From assembly GCF_006345805.1 (NCBI RefSeq), contig NC_043005.1, positions 88,536,001-88,600,000 of the forward strand: 64,000 nt of DNA, in the 5' to 3' direction. Position numbers and translations under genes: made by a program. The first letter of the stretch is position 1, and every line of letters starts with the position of its first letter. Source of the DNA: Octopus sinensis (Eukaryota). Below, in pieces: positions 24,097-36,795 of the stretch. Below the pieces are notes generated by a model. The model was given only the letters and a program-made list of their open reading frames with translations, was not told the DNA's origin and did no database searches.

Positions 24097-24503
24097 ACAA
24101 CTTATAAACAAGGGCAAAAGAAAAAAATTTCTAATGCCAAATATGCCGAAAATAGACACATCATCAATAACCATATAATTCGTCACTATAAGTACACGTC
24201 TCGAAGAAAGCCGACAGAAATTTCTAAAAAATTCCGTTATTATCATATCGGACCTGATTTCAGAGTTAATTCATAAGAACCTTCTCTTCGTCAGTGATAA
24301 ATGCGGCAAAGAAATAAATGAAATACTTACTTATACTCATGGAAGAAACAAACACTAAGTCATGAGCAGACCTAAGTACCCCAAATATATCCAAAATAGA
24401 AATTCTCCAGCAAAGTGATGAATTATATGGTTATTGACGATGTGTCTATTTTCGGCATATTTGGCATTGCAAATTTTTTCTTTTGCCCTTGTTTATAAGT
24501 TGT
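24097..24503. mobile_element. Non-autonomous element with ~85-bp inverted termini
   Basis: ACAACTTATAAACAAGGGCAAAAG...ACCATATAATTC and its reverse complement at 24419-24503; sits next to (TA)n runs. Confidence 0.75.
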
Positions 24504-25170
24504 ATATAGATATATATATATATATCTTTTACCCGTTTTAGTCATTAGACTGCGGCCATGCCTTGAAGAATTTTTAGTCGAACGAATGAACCCCAGTATT
24601 TATTGTTCTTTTTTAAGCCTGATAGTTATTCTATCAGTCTCATTTGCTGAACCGCTAAGTTACAGGGACATGAATGCACCAACATTAATTGCGAAGCAGT
24701 GATGGGAGACAAACACAGGCACAAAGACACACACACGCACACACAAATATACAGACAGGCTTCTTTCAGTTTCTGTCTACCAAATCCACTCACAAGGCTT
24801 TGGTCATCCCAAGGCTATAGTAGAAGACATTTGTCCAAGGTGCCACACGGTTGGATTGAACCTAGAATTGCATGGTTCGGAAGTAAACTTCTTACCACAC
24901 AGTCATACTTCCGCCTTAAACAAATTTAGCATTTCTGGAGTAAATTAAAACAAAGAAACTAAAATTTATCTTGTTAAACAGGAAAGCAAACAGGCTGAAA
25001 ACAATTTTACAAAACAGTAAACTGGATTTTATAATTAAAGAAATTAAAATATTATAATTGGACAAATTGAAGAATAAATCACAAACAACAGTAATGATGA
25101 TGATGATGATGATGATTTAGCACAATAAGTCAATGTAAACAATGTATTTTTTTTTGTAAATAACTAAATT

Positions 25171-25176
25171 TTTATT
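25171..25176 (-). terminator. Candidate SNX3 poly(A) signal (AATAAA on minus strand)
   Basis: TTTATT on the plus strand about 680 nt past the SNX3 stop; the true 3' end could be further downstream. Confidence 0.25.
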
Positions 25177-25451
25177 TTTTTTTAATAATCTCCATTTAAA
25201 AAAATCATATTATTGTTAAATTGAGGGAACAGTACGAAGCATTAATCAAAAGTGGCCCAGCAGCTGGTATATATATATATATATGTATATGTGTATATAT
25301 ATATATATGTATGTATATATATACGTATAACTGCTGTCATACAATTACTAAAAGAAAATTATGAGAGAAAAGAAATCAAGTGAGAATAGATTGAAAGGGG
25401 AAAGTTTAAGGTTAGGAGTTATGGATATATTCCAGTCCAGCAAGAGAACCA

Positions 25452-25483
<32 letters not shown>

Positions 25484-25853
25484 TAATAATAAAGTATTTT
25501 CAGTTAATAATTCTGAATGCTTCAGAAAGTTATAAAGTTTGTAAATATGTTGGCAAAACTTTCACAACTAAAATGAAGAGCAACATCTGTGAGTGTGATA
25601 AAAGTAACTGGCATTGCATCCTGATAACGAGAAGAGGAAGGGAAAGAGAGAATGAGAGAGAGAGAGAGGGGGAGGAAGATAGCAAGAGAAAGAGAGAGAA
25701 AGAATTCCCACTTATCCAACTTTAGTGATCTGATGCCACAGAAGATGCGTCTTGGAAAAAAAAAAGAGAGAGGAAGAAAGAATGAAAAAAAAAAAAGAAA
25801 AAGAAAAAAACTTCTGGGTCACAGTAAAATATAGTGTCTTAATTTTAAATTTT

Positions 25854-25959
25854 TCATGTTGTTCGAATTTTTCCTGGAACATAATTTTTGTCAATGGCTG
25901 GCTCTTGCAAGAACATATGCAAGCTACGTTCATTTTGTGCTAATGGATGACCAGCAACC
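25854..25959 (-). CDS. SNX3: SNX3/SNX12 terminal coding exon (106 nt including TGA)
   Basis: Acceptor tctcttccag. Translates (K)VAGHPLAQNERSLHMFLQEPAIDKNYVPGKIRTT*; phase continues from exon 3. Confidence 0.96.
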
Positions 25960-28260
25960 CTGGAAGAGACAAAAGAAAAAAATTATTATTATTAAAAAAT
26001 TACGAATGTAAATCAGTTTTGATATCAAGAAACAACAGAAATGACATTAGAAAGAAAATTGAGTGAATCAAACTTTAGTTTACCTTTAGTTTACCTCAAA
26101 TGCCTGAACAAGCATGATTATTGGTAATCCCACTGGTTAAAATTACTGCCCATATACAAATTGTAAACTTTAGGACAAATGTTGCTGTAATTTAGCCCCA
26201 GAAGACATCATCTCCAGCTGGCTGTACAACACAAACTTTTGCTTCTTAGAATTCGGATATGAGCAGTTATAAAAACCCAGATTTTTGGGAAAATACTCAG
26301 TGATCATAGGATGTTACTAAACTCCACAACATACTCACTCCTTGAGATATTGGCTATTTTTTATGCCATGTCTATGACTTAAATCCAACAAGACTTATTT
26401 GAATTGTTGTGAACTCTAGTAATTAGTATGAAAAATTAGCTGGCGTGAATTTTAAGTCGTAATGCTCTACAACAAAATGACTTTATTTTCCAATTGTACT
26501 ACAAATGCTAAATGTACATAAATAAAATAATGTAGTAATTATTTTCTCTTTCTTCATGTTCTTCCACTTGTTAATGAAATTTATTTCTGCAATTATGAAA
26601 CTGTGTATTTTTTTTATAGCAGTTAAAGGAACACAAATTTGTTCATCTTCAACATACATGCATGCATAAAATGTCCGTTAGCATTTCAGAGTATATATTT
26701 CTCGCTATAGCGTTTATGTAGCTGGAGCCAGGATTTATGTATAATGATAACACTTATAAGTAAGTTATAAGTGACAGGTTTATCAATATAGATTCCTACT
26801 TCAAAAGCAAAATATATTTATTATCTATTTCCAAATAGGAAACATATAAGATAAAAACAGTCTCCAAACTGTCTGTAAAAGACTTATTCCAGTTTTTCAA
26901 AAGATTTGTGGGTTATAAAAGACTATCGTGATGTTTACACATGGAAACAGATTGGCCAAAAGCTCTTTCTATAATCACCATCATTATCATCATAATTTAA
27001 TGTCCACTTTTCCATGCTTGCATGGGTCAGATCTACACTCATGCAAATAATATTTATAACATCATCATTGTTTAATGTCCGCCTTTCATGCAAGCATGGG
27101 TGGGATCGCCGTTTTCCATGCTGGCATGGGTTGGATGGTTTGACTGAGGACTGGGAAGCCAGGATTTGGGAAGATGTCTTCTACAGCTGGATGCCCTTCC
27201 TAATGCCAACCATTCTGAGAGTGTAGTGGGTGCTATTTACGTGCCATGGGATGGGCCTTACAGAGGCAATGACTGAGACCTTTGGCATTATGTCGTGCTT
27301 GAGAAGAAGATCCATCAAACGGAGCAAAATCGCACTTGTAGCAGATACCAGTGTCACGCAAATGGCATTCACGCTGGTGGTATGTAAAAGCACCCATTAC
27401 ACTCTTGCAGTGGTTGGCATTAGAAAGGGTATCCAGCCGTAGAAAACCATGCCAAATTCACTGGATCCTGGCGTAGCCTTCCAGCATGCCAGCCCAGTCA
27501 AACTGTCCAACCCATGCCAGTATGGACAACGGACATTAAATGATGATGATGAGGTGGAGGCATTTGGCTTAGTGGTTAAGGTGTTGGATTCCTGATCATA
27601 AGATTGTGGTTTCAATTCCTGGACCAGGTGATGTGTTATGTTCTTGAGCAAAATACTTCATTTCATGTTGCTCCAGTCCACTCAGCTGGCAAAAGTGAGT
27701 CATCCTGTGACTGGACTGGCGTCTCATCCAGGTGGGGGAATTTATACGACACTGAAGCCAGGAAACTGACCCTCATGAGCCTGGCATGCCTCGAGAAGGA
27801 AATATATTATATATATATCAAATTACTGACGTCGCCGATGACAGTACTGCCTGATTGGCACTTGTGCAAGTGTAACGCGTGATTGTTGCCAGGGCTATGG
27901 ATTGGCTCCCGTGCTGGTAGCATGTAAAAACACCTTTTGAGCGTGGTCGTTGCCAGAACCACCTGACTGGCCATTGTGCCGGTAGCACGTAAAAGTACCC
28001 ACTACACTCTCGGAGTGGTTGGTGTTAGGAAGGGCATCCAGCTATAGAAACTTTGCCAGATCAGATTGAGCTTGGTGCAGCCTCTGGCTCACCAGTCCTC
28101 AGTCAAATCGTCCAACCCATGCCAGCATGGAAAGCGGACGTTAAACAACGATGATGATGATATTCCCTTCTGGTCATTTCAAAATGTAACCACATGTGAA
28201 TTGTTGGCAATTTTTTTTTCCTCAGTCTTCCTTCTCTATTAGACTTTCCTCTGTCTCCTA

Positions 28261-28293
28261 TTTCTGAAGAAGAGCTTTGCTTGAAACGTAAAA
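28261..28293 (+). ncRNA. Minimal type I hammerhead-like motif in SNX3 intron 3 (antisense)
   Basis: TTT-CTGAAGA-A-GAGC-ttt-GCTT-GAAA-CGT-A-AAA: 3-bp stem I, 4-bp stem II, palindromic ACGT stem III, GUA triplet. Confidence 0.6.
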
Positions 28294-28830
28294 CCAACTT
28301 TCTTTCATTCCTTGAATGTCTGCTAACACTTTACACGTACCACGTCCTCACGTTGTTGTTTTTTTCCTTTGTTTTTTGGAGATATATATATATATATATA
28401 TACATACACACATATATACACACACACATACATATAAACAAATGTGTGTGTTTGTTTGTTTACCTTCACAGTGTGATAGTTGTAAATTGTTGCCACTGTC
28501 ATATAAGCAGAATCATCATTCCATTCCAATATTCTACAAGAACATGTCTGGCCATGGGCCATGGGGAAATATTTTCTTGGGAAGAGGTAAGGGTTGCCAA
28601 TGGCAAGGGCATCCAGCTGTAGAAAATCTACCTCAATATGATTTCCATCTGACCCATGCATGCAAGGAAAAGTGGATGTTAAAGCAGTGATGGTGAAAAC
28701 AGATGCTGATAAAAGGCACGAGATAATATCATTGCAGGTTCAACTAATTCACGATAACAGGAAAATATGGACAAGGCCACAGAAAATAATGTTGACAATA
28801 TGCTGGATATAACTTAAATGTGGCATACAA

Positions 28831-28865
<35 letters not shown>

Positions 28866-28879
28866 ATGAATATTCTTAC

Positions 28880-29004
28880 TTGTTTATGAATGATTCTAGG
28901 CCTTCTCTTCTTTCTTCAATAAAATCCGATTCAAAAATACCATCATCTGCACGGAATGGTAACTGCCTTTCCCATGCTTTTCTGGGGAGAGCTGGAACAA
29001 CAAT
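28880..29004 (-). CDS. SNX3: SNX3/SNX12 coding exon 3 (125 nt)
   Basis: Acceptor ctttcgctgcag, donor AA|GTAAG. Translates IVVPALPRKAWERQLPFRADDGIFESDFIEERREGLESFIN(K). Confidence 0.96.
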
Positions 29005-32000
29005 CTGCAGCGAAAGATTAAGAAAAATTAGGAAAAAAAAAAAAAATCGGTCAAAATGTCATGCTTTTTTTATTCTCATTATTTTGAATTAATCATGAAT
29101 TATTTCATGGCTCTGAGGTTTATTTTTAGAATGACATTGTAGGGTAGGTGCGAGGGGCTGGATCTGGCTGGTGTGATCATAAAACAGGTGGAATATTTGG
29201 ACTGGATAAACTGGTTTAACCCTTCAGCATTCAAATTACTGTCAAATCTAATGACTTTAAAAAAAAAATCTTTTATCCTTTACTTGTTTCAGTCATTAGA
29301 CTTCCGTGTGGTAAGAAGCTTGCTTCCCAACCACATGTTTCTGGGTTCAGTCCCACTGTGTGGTACCTTGGGCAGGTGTCTTTTACTATAACATTGAGCT
29401 CACCAAAGCCTTGTGAATGGATTTGGTAAACAGAATCTGAAAGAAGTCTGTTATATATATATACATGTGTGTGTGTTTTGCATCTGTGTTTGTCCCCTAT
29501 TGCCACTTAACAACTGGTGTTAGTTTGTTTACATCCCCATAATTTAGTGCTTCAGCAAACAACTGATAGGGTAAGTATCATGATCATCATCACCATTTTT
29601 CCCATGCTGGCATGGGTTGGATGGTTTGACTGAGGACTGGCAAACCAGGAGGCTGCACCAGGCTCCAATCTGATCTGGCAATGCCCTTCCTAACACCAAC
29701 CACTCAGAGTGTAGTGGGTGCTTTTTATGTGCCACTGGCACAGGGGCCAATCAGGCAGCACTGGCAATGACCACGCTGGAATGGTGCCTTTTACATGCCA
29801 CTGGCACGGGAGCCAGTCAGGAAGCATCCTGAGATTGATTTGACTAAACCCCCTAAGGTAGCTCCCCAGCATGGCCATGGTCCAATAACTAAGCAAAAGA
29901 TAAAAGGTTTGATGTTACCTAACTTTGGAGAACCAAACAACACAAGAGTATGGATGGTTTTTCCTTTTTTTTTTCCATTTGGCAATCCTGATAATAATAA
30001 TAATAATATTCAACTAAAACCATAATGTCATGGGATCAGAGACACCCTGTATTTCATGTTAACATTTGAAGTGGGGCCATTTCTTGGACAAAACTACACT
30101 TTTTTGGCTCATAGTTTCAGGTACTCTCAATTATCACTGGGAACTCCTTTCTTCTAAGGGATCATTTACTACACCTGATCAACACTACACCCGATTTTCT
30201 CCCCTCCATACACACACAGGCATGTATCTGACTCATACATTGTTCGCTTTCCAGACATTTTTACATTACTGCATGTACTTTATATGCACTTTCTGACAAG
30301 TTGTGGTGCACCTGAGCACTGTATACAATAATTTCATTATTATTATTATTATTATTTATAATCAGAAGGTCCCTCTTTTTTTTTTTACCTTTTACAGAAC
30401 AACAAAATGTGAAATTCCCCATTAGTGCTGCTTCCTCTCACTAGGAGCAGTCGAAGATTTTGGGAAATGGTGCAATCTATTAAACAGACCCTGGAGGTTA
30501 ATCTTTTACTTGTTTGTCATCAGACTGTGGCCAAGCTGGGGCACTGCCTCGAAGAATTTTTAGTCGAATGAATCAACCCCACTACTTTTCCTTGCTTTTC
30601 TAAAACCTGGTGCTTATTCAATTGGTTATTTGCTGAACCACTAAGTTATGGGGATGTAAATAAACCAGCACCAGTTGTCAAGTGGTGCTGGAGGGACAAA
30701 CACAGACAGACATATATACACATACAATGGGCTTCTTTCAGTTTCTGCCTACCAAATCTGCTCACTAAATCCCAGGACATAGTAGAAGACACTTGCTCAA
30801 GATGTCATGCAGTGGGACTGAACCTGGAACCAAGTGGTTGGGAAGCAAGCTTCTTACCACACAGCCATGTCTGTGCCTATATCAATAAATATTTCATAGC
30901 CCTCTCCCACCAAAATATAAAAAGGTAACAAGATTTAAATGCAGAATGTAAAAATAACAAAATGCCACAATATACTCAACCTCATCAAATGTGCGTGTGT
31001 GTGTATATATAAATATACACACACACACATATATATACATATATGTATATACAGGTATACATATATCGTGGCACTCCGTCAGATGTGACGATGAGGGTTC
31101 CAGTTGAGTCGATCAATAGAACAGCCTGCTCGTGAAATTAATGTTCAAGTGGCTGAGCACTCCACAGACACGTGTACCCTTAACATAGTTCTCGGAGAGA
31201 TTCAGTGTGACACAGAGTGTGACAAGACTGGCCCCTTTGAAATACAGGTACAACAGAAACAGGAAGAAGGAGAGAAAGGTGTGGTGAAAGGGTACAGCAG
31301 GGTTTGCCACCACCCCTAGCTGGGGCCGCGTGGAGCTTTTAGTGTTTTCGCTCAATAAATACTCACAACACCCGGTCTGGGAATCGAAATCATGATCCCA
31401 CAACCGTAAGTCCACTGCCCTAACCACTGGGCCATTGCTCCTCACACACACACACACACATATATATGCATGCACACATACCTACAGACATAGGTGTAGA
31501 TGTTGATGTGTGGTTAAGAAGCCTGCTTCCCAAACATGTAGCCATGGGTTCAAACCCAGTGCATGGCACCTCGGGCAAATGCCTACTACTACAGCCCTGG
31601 GTTGATCAAAGCTTTGTGAGTGGATTTGGTAGACGGAAACTGAAAGAAGCCCACTGTATAGATACATATGTAAATGTGTGTGTGTGTGTGTGTAGCTTCT
31701 CTTTGACATCACATGATGGTCATAGACAAGTGTCAGTCACACAATTGATGTTTGTTTCTAGTCTTCTCTGGAAAATGTATGGGTGGGGGGAATATTACCT
31801 TGCTTAGAAACAGGTGAGGGCTGGCAACAGGAAGGGTATCTGGCTGTAGCAAATCTACTTCAATGACTTCTGTCTGACCCATCCAAGCAGGGAAAAATGG
31901 GCATTAAAGATGACGATAGTGATGACTATATATATATATATATTTACACACACACACCATCATCATCATCATTGTTTAACGTCCGTTTTCCATGCTGGCA

Positions 32001-33736
32001 TGGGTTTGGACAGGAGAGAGCTACAAGGCCACATATTGTTGCCAGTCACATGATAATGTTTGTTGCGTGTCACATGATCATGCAGATCTGATTTTTGCTG
32101 ACTAGGAACTGCCCTTTCTTCATTACAAAACTTGGATCTGGGAAGCCAGGATGCTGCACCGGCCCTAGTCTGATCTGGGAGTGTTTCTACAGCTGGATGC
32201 TGTTTCTAACGCCAACCACTCTGAGAGTGTAGTGGGTGATTTTTATGTGCCACTGGCGCAGGGGCCAGACGAGCTGGCATCAACCACGATTGGATGGTGC
32301 TTTTTATGTGCCACCAACCCAAATGGTAGGTTAGCGCACTGGGTATTCCATCATCAGAGACAAGGTATGAATATTTTAGACAGGGAAAATTTACAGTTTG
32401 CAAGGAATAAAATAAAAGAATAAAGAGTAAAGGTAGAATACAAGCAGGAGAATAATGTTCACAACTCATCTTTTTTCAGAGGATATGGATGGATGTTGGT
32501 CGATACCCCCATAAAGCTACAGATACTTTGTTAAAATCCCAGGTAAAGCCAGACGGTATTTTGGCAATATTTTGAATGATGTATTCATATTGAAGTGATA
32601 GATGGTATGTAAATGTGTATATAGAGCAAGAAAGAGAGACATGAATGGGTTTTGTGAATAGGTGTATATGGGTGGGTGGGGGGAGAAAGTGAGGGGAGAG
32701 GGACACACACACACACAAGTATACAAACATAGACACAGAGCGATGGGCAGCACCAACATGGCAGAGTCCAATGAGACATTGCAAATGGGAAGTCATGAGG
32801 TACTTATGACTGGCTGCCAGTCACGGTGACTCAGAGATTGTCAGTGTGTTGAGAGTCAAGAGATGGAAGTCACGAGTGACGGTTTTTCCCCAGCATCTTA
32901 TAAAGAGTAACATTGTCAATGGTCTGGCAAATTCATAATGTAGGGCCAGGATGTCATCAGTGACAAACCCCAGTGGATCATAGGGGTTTACCCCCCAAAT
33001 AGCTCAGGGTGGCACAGTCCACTAACAGACATGTGGTAGATGAAAATATCAAGTTTTGTAATGAAGAAAGGGCAGTTCCTAGTCAGCAAAAAATCAGATC
33101 TGCATGATCATGTGACACACAACAAACATTATCATGTGACTGGCAACAAACACTATCATGTGACTGGCAACAATATGTGGCTGTGTAGCTCTCTCCTGAT
33201 ACGGAAACTCTGCAACATGGTGGGTGGGTGGGTAGTTGGGACAGAGCAGGAGGGAGAGATTTTGTTAGCAGCCACAGAGTGCCAAAAACTTGTTGGGAGA
33301 TGCTCACGGATATAAAGGGTAGCATGGATGCTCCTGGGCCTGTATATTTGAAAGGCCTGTTTCGTAGGAGTCTAATTAAAGATGTGTGTTACGTGTTTTT
33401 TTCTAAAATATGCTGATTTTATGTTTTTTGTTTCATTTCTAAATTTTTCCTTGTTTTGTCCTCAGTTATGTGAAACACCTTCCACCTTGCGTACTTATTA
33501 AATACAAGACAAAGTATTCACACTTTAGGAGCAGAGAGCATTATATATGCTTTATTGAAGGATCAGTTTATAGAATTAAACTGTTTGGAATGTTTACCAG
33601 ACACAGACACAAGTAAATAAAACTTCGGTAAACTCTGGCTATGCAGCCACCTCTTCTTCCCCACCACACAATTACATCAACCAATTTTTCCCCTGACTAA
33701 TTCATACCTCACATAGCCTCTTACACCCACCGACCA

Positions 33737-33768
<32 letters not shown>

Positions 33769-34539
33769 CACTTCACTCTCATCTAAGTTTTATCCACTGC
33801 CAGCAGCTCATCTACTTCCCTTTTCCATCTTTTAACCTATTCACTACTTTGAAAAAACAATCACATTACTTTAATAACTCTGCTGAAGCCTTTTTCTCTG
33901 AAATTTAAAAACTTTTTCACAGAAGTAAAACTTAACATCCAAACACTTTGGGAGTGGCGCACACACACACATACACACACACACGCACACACACACACAC
34001 ACACACACACTGAGTGTGTATTTCATTAGTAACTGTGGAAGTGTTTCTAGTAAAAACATGGACAGGAATGCTTTGTGCAGTGTGTCTAACAACATCCGAA
34101 CCTCTCACCTCCATCAAGGTCAAAAGTCTGGGACATGGGTGGAGGTGGTCGGATTTGCTTATATTTTTTTTTTTACCGTTCTTCTTCTTCTTCTGCTGTT
34201 GTTATTTACGACTTTTGTTTACTATCAATACTTATTTCTTTTCACTAAGTCTAACTCTCTTTCTCCCTCTCTCTCTCTCACAAACACAGACACACACATA
34301 TGCACACACACACACTTATAAGGAAGTAGATATGAGATATAGATACATGCACACATACACATAGCTAATGATCATACTAATGCTACGACAAACCGCTGCC
34401 GCCGTCAACACCACCACCACCACCACCACCAGCATCAGTCTCCAAACATTGTCAGCTTAGCAACTAATCAGAATTGATCTCAGCTTGTAGAAACTGAGTC
34501 AGATGACACTGAGGCAGCAACAGGAAGAAGACTGGAGAT

Positions 34540-34543
34540 AATT

Positions 34544-34575
<32 letters not shown>

Positions 34576-34870
34576 GAGGGGGAATGTGCTTGTGACAGAA
34601 AGAGACAGACAGAGAAGGAGGAAGGTGTTGTGCAATGCTAACCCCTAACCCTATTTTCTTAAATAATTTACTTGAAACCAAGTAAAAAAAAAAAATGTTG
34701 GCTTTATTAATTGTCAAATCTCTATAGAGAAGGGAGAGAGTGAGAGAAAGAGAAGAGAGAGAGAGAGAGAGAGAGAGTGAATGAGAGGGGATAGAGAGGG
34801 TGAGTAGGAAAGGAGAGAGAGAGATTGATTGATTGATTGATTGAAAAGAGAGAGAGAGAGAAATAGATTA
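34540..34870. repeat. Polypurine (GA)n-rich microsatellite blocks
   Basis: (GA)n, GGA and (GATT)n runs. Confidence 0.85.
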
Positions 34871-36571
34871 ATCAGTAGAACCAGCCCAGTACAAATCTGC
34901 ATAATCCAAGGGTGAACTTCTCCTTGCTTCTAAAAGAAGTGAAATGAAAACCCTAATATTTCCCATCAGCCCCCAATTCTGCAGAAGAGGCACCCTACAC
35001 CACTATAGGGTTCACTGCAGCTTTGTGAGCTTTTCATCTTTTAAAATTTCAGAAAGTACAAACAAGGTGCAGCTGAGGCTGTGTGGTAAGAAGTTCACTT
35101 CCCAACCATATGGTCCTGGGCTCAGTCACACCACGTGGCACCTTGGTGTCTTTTTCTATTGCCTTGGGCTAACCATAGCCTTTGTGAGTGAATTTGGGAG
35201 ACAGAAACTGAAAGAAGCCCATTGTGTGTGTGTGTATGTATGTGTGTGAGTGAGTGTTTATGTGTCTGTGTTTGTCCCCCCCCACCATCGCTTGACAACC
35301 GATGTTGGTGTGTTTACGTCCCCGTAACTTAGCGGTTTAGCAACCACATGGTCCCGAGTTCAGTCCCACTGCGTGGCACCTTGGGCAAGTGTCTTCTACT
35401 ATAGACCTTGGTCAACCAAATCCTTGTGAGTGGATTTGGTAGATGGAAATTGAAAGAAGCCTGTCGTATATATATATATATATATGTGTGTGTGTGCGTG
35501 TGGTGTGTGCGAGTGTTTATGTGCCGGATTACCGCCTTTTTAGTTAAACAAATCGACCCCAGAATTTATTCTTTGTAAGCCTAGTACTTATTCTATCGGT
35601 CTCTTTTTGCCAAACCACTAATTTACAAGAATGTAAACACACCAACATTGGTTGTCAAGCGATGGTGGAGGGATAAACACAGACACATAAACACTCACAC
35701 ACATATATATATATATACGACAGGCTTCTTTCAGTTTCCATCTACCAAATCCACTCACAAGGATTTGGTTGACCAAGGTCTATAGTAGAAGACACTTGCC
35801 CAAGGTGCCACGCAGTGGGACTGAACTCGGGACCATGTGGTTGCTAAACCACTAAGTTATGGGGACGTAAACACACCAACATCGGTTGTCAAACGATGGT
35901 GGGTGGACAAACACAGACACACAAACACTCACTCACACACATACATACATAGTCAAATGACTGAAACAAGTAAAAGAATAAAAGAATATATATATATATA
36001 TTTTTATATATTATATGACTGTGTGTCTTTGTTTATCCCCAGCCTGTGCTTGACAACTGGTGTTGGTTTGTTTACATCTCCATAATTTAGTGGTTCAGCA
36101 AGAAAGAAATCGATAAAGTACCAGGCTTTTAAAAGAAGTCCTGGGATCAATTTGTCTTAAAAAGTCTTCAAGGCAATGCCCCAGCATGGTCATAGTTTAA
36201 TTACTGAAACAAAAAGAGAAAGGGAGGGGGGAGAAAAAGAAAGAAACAGAGCAATACGCTGGACTCTTGTACGGACATGTAATTTCAGAGATTTAAAACA
36301 TGTTAGGTTAAGAAGCACTTGATCAAGGTTGATTAATTAAAAATCACTGATCAAAGACACAGGCATGGCTATGGGGTTAATGAGTTTGCTTTACAGTCAC
36401 AGCTGTAAGTTCAATACCAATCTAAGGCACCTTTGGCCAATGTCTTCTATTACAACAGCAGGTTGACCCAAGTTCTGTCAATGAAACTAAAGATGGAAAT
36501 TACGAATGAGCATTTCAAATGGGCCTTATCAGTTGTTGGTGGTAAGCTTAAAAATATCATGGTGACTTTAA

Positions 36572-36795
36572 CCCTTTTGTTACCATATTTCTGTTGAGAT
36601 GCTCTGTGTTTCTTTCAATTAATTTTAAACATAACAAAGAATTTAGTAAAATAACTTAGTTATCATTAAGCTAGTGTTAGGAACATAAATTGTGACTAAG
36701 GTTTGGTGGAAGATTTTAATTTGAAACTTATAAAAACAAGACATTTGTACTCAGAGCCAGAGGTGGTTTCAGCCAGGTTGGTGGTATCAAAAAGG
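36572..36795. mobile_element. piggyBac-like MITE, family 1
   Basis: TTAA on both sides; CCCTTTTGTTACC...CAAAAAGG; internal sequence matches the 40.4-40.8 kb copies. Confidence 0.85.

Noticed and set aside
34093-34146. Possible pre-miRNA hairpin
   Set aside because: The stem is short and interrupted with a large loop; it does not meet the ~22-bp duplex requirement.
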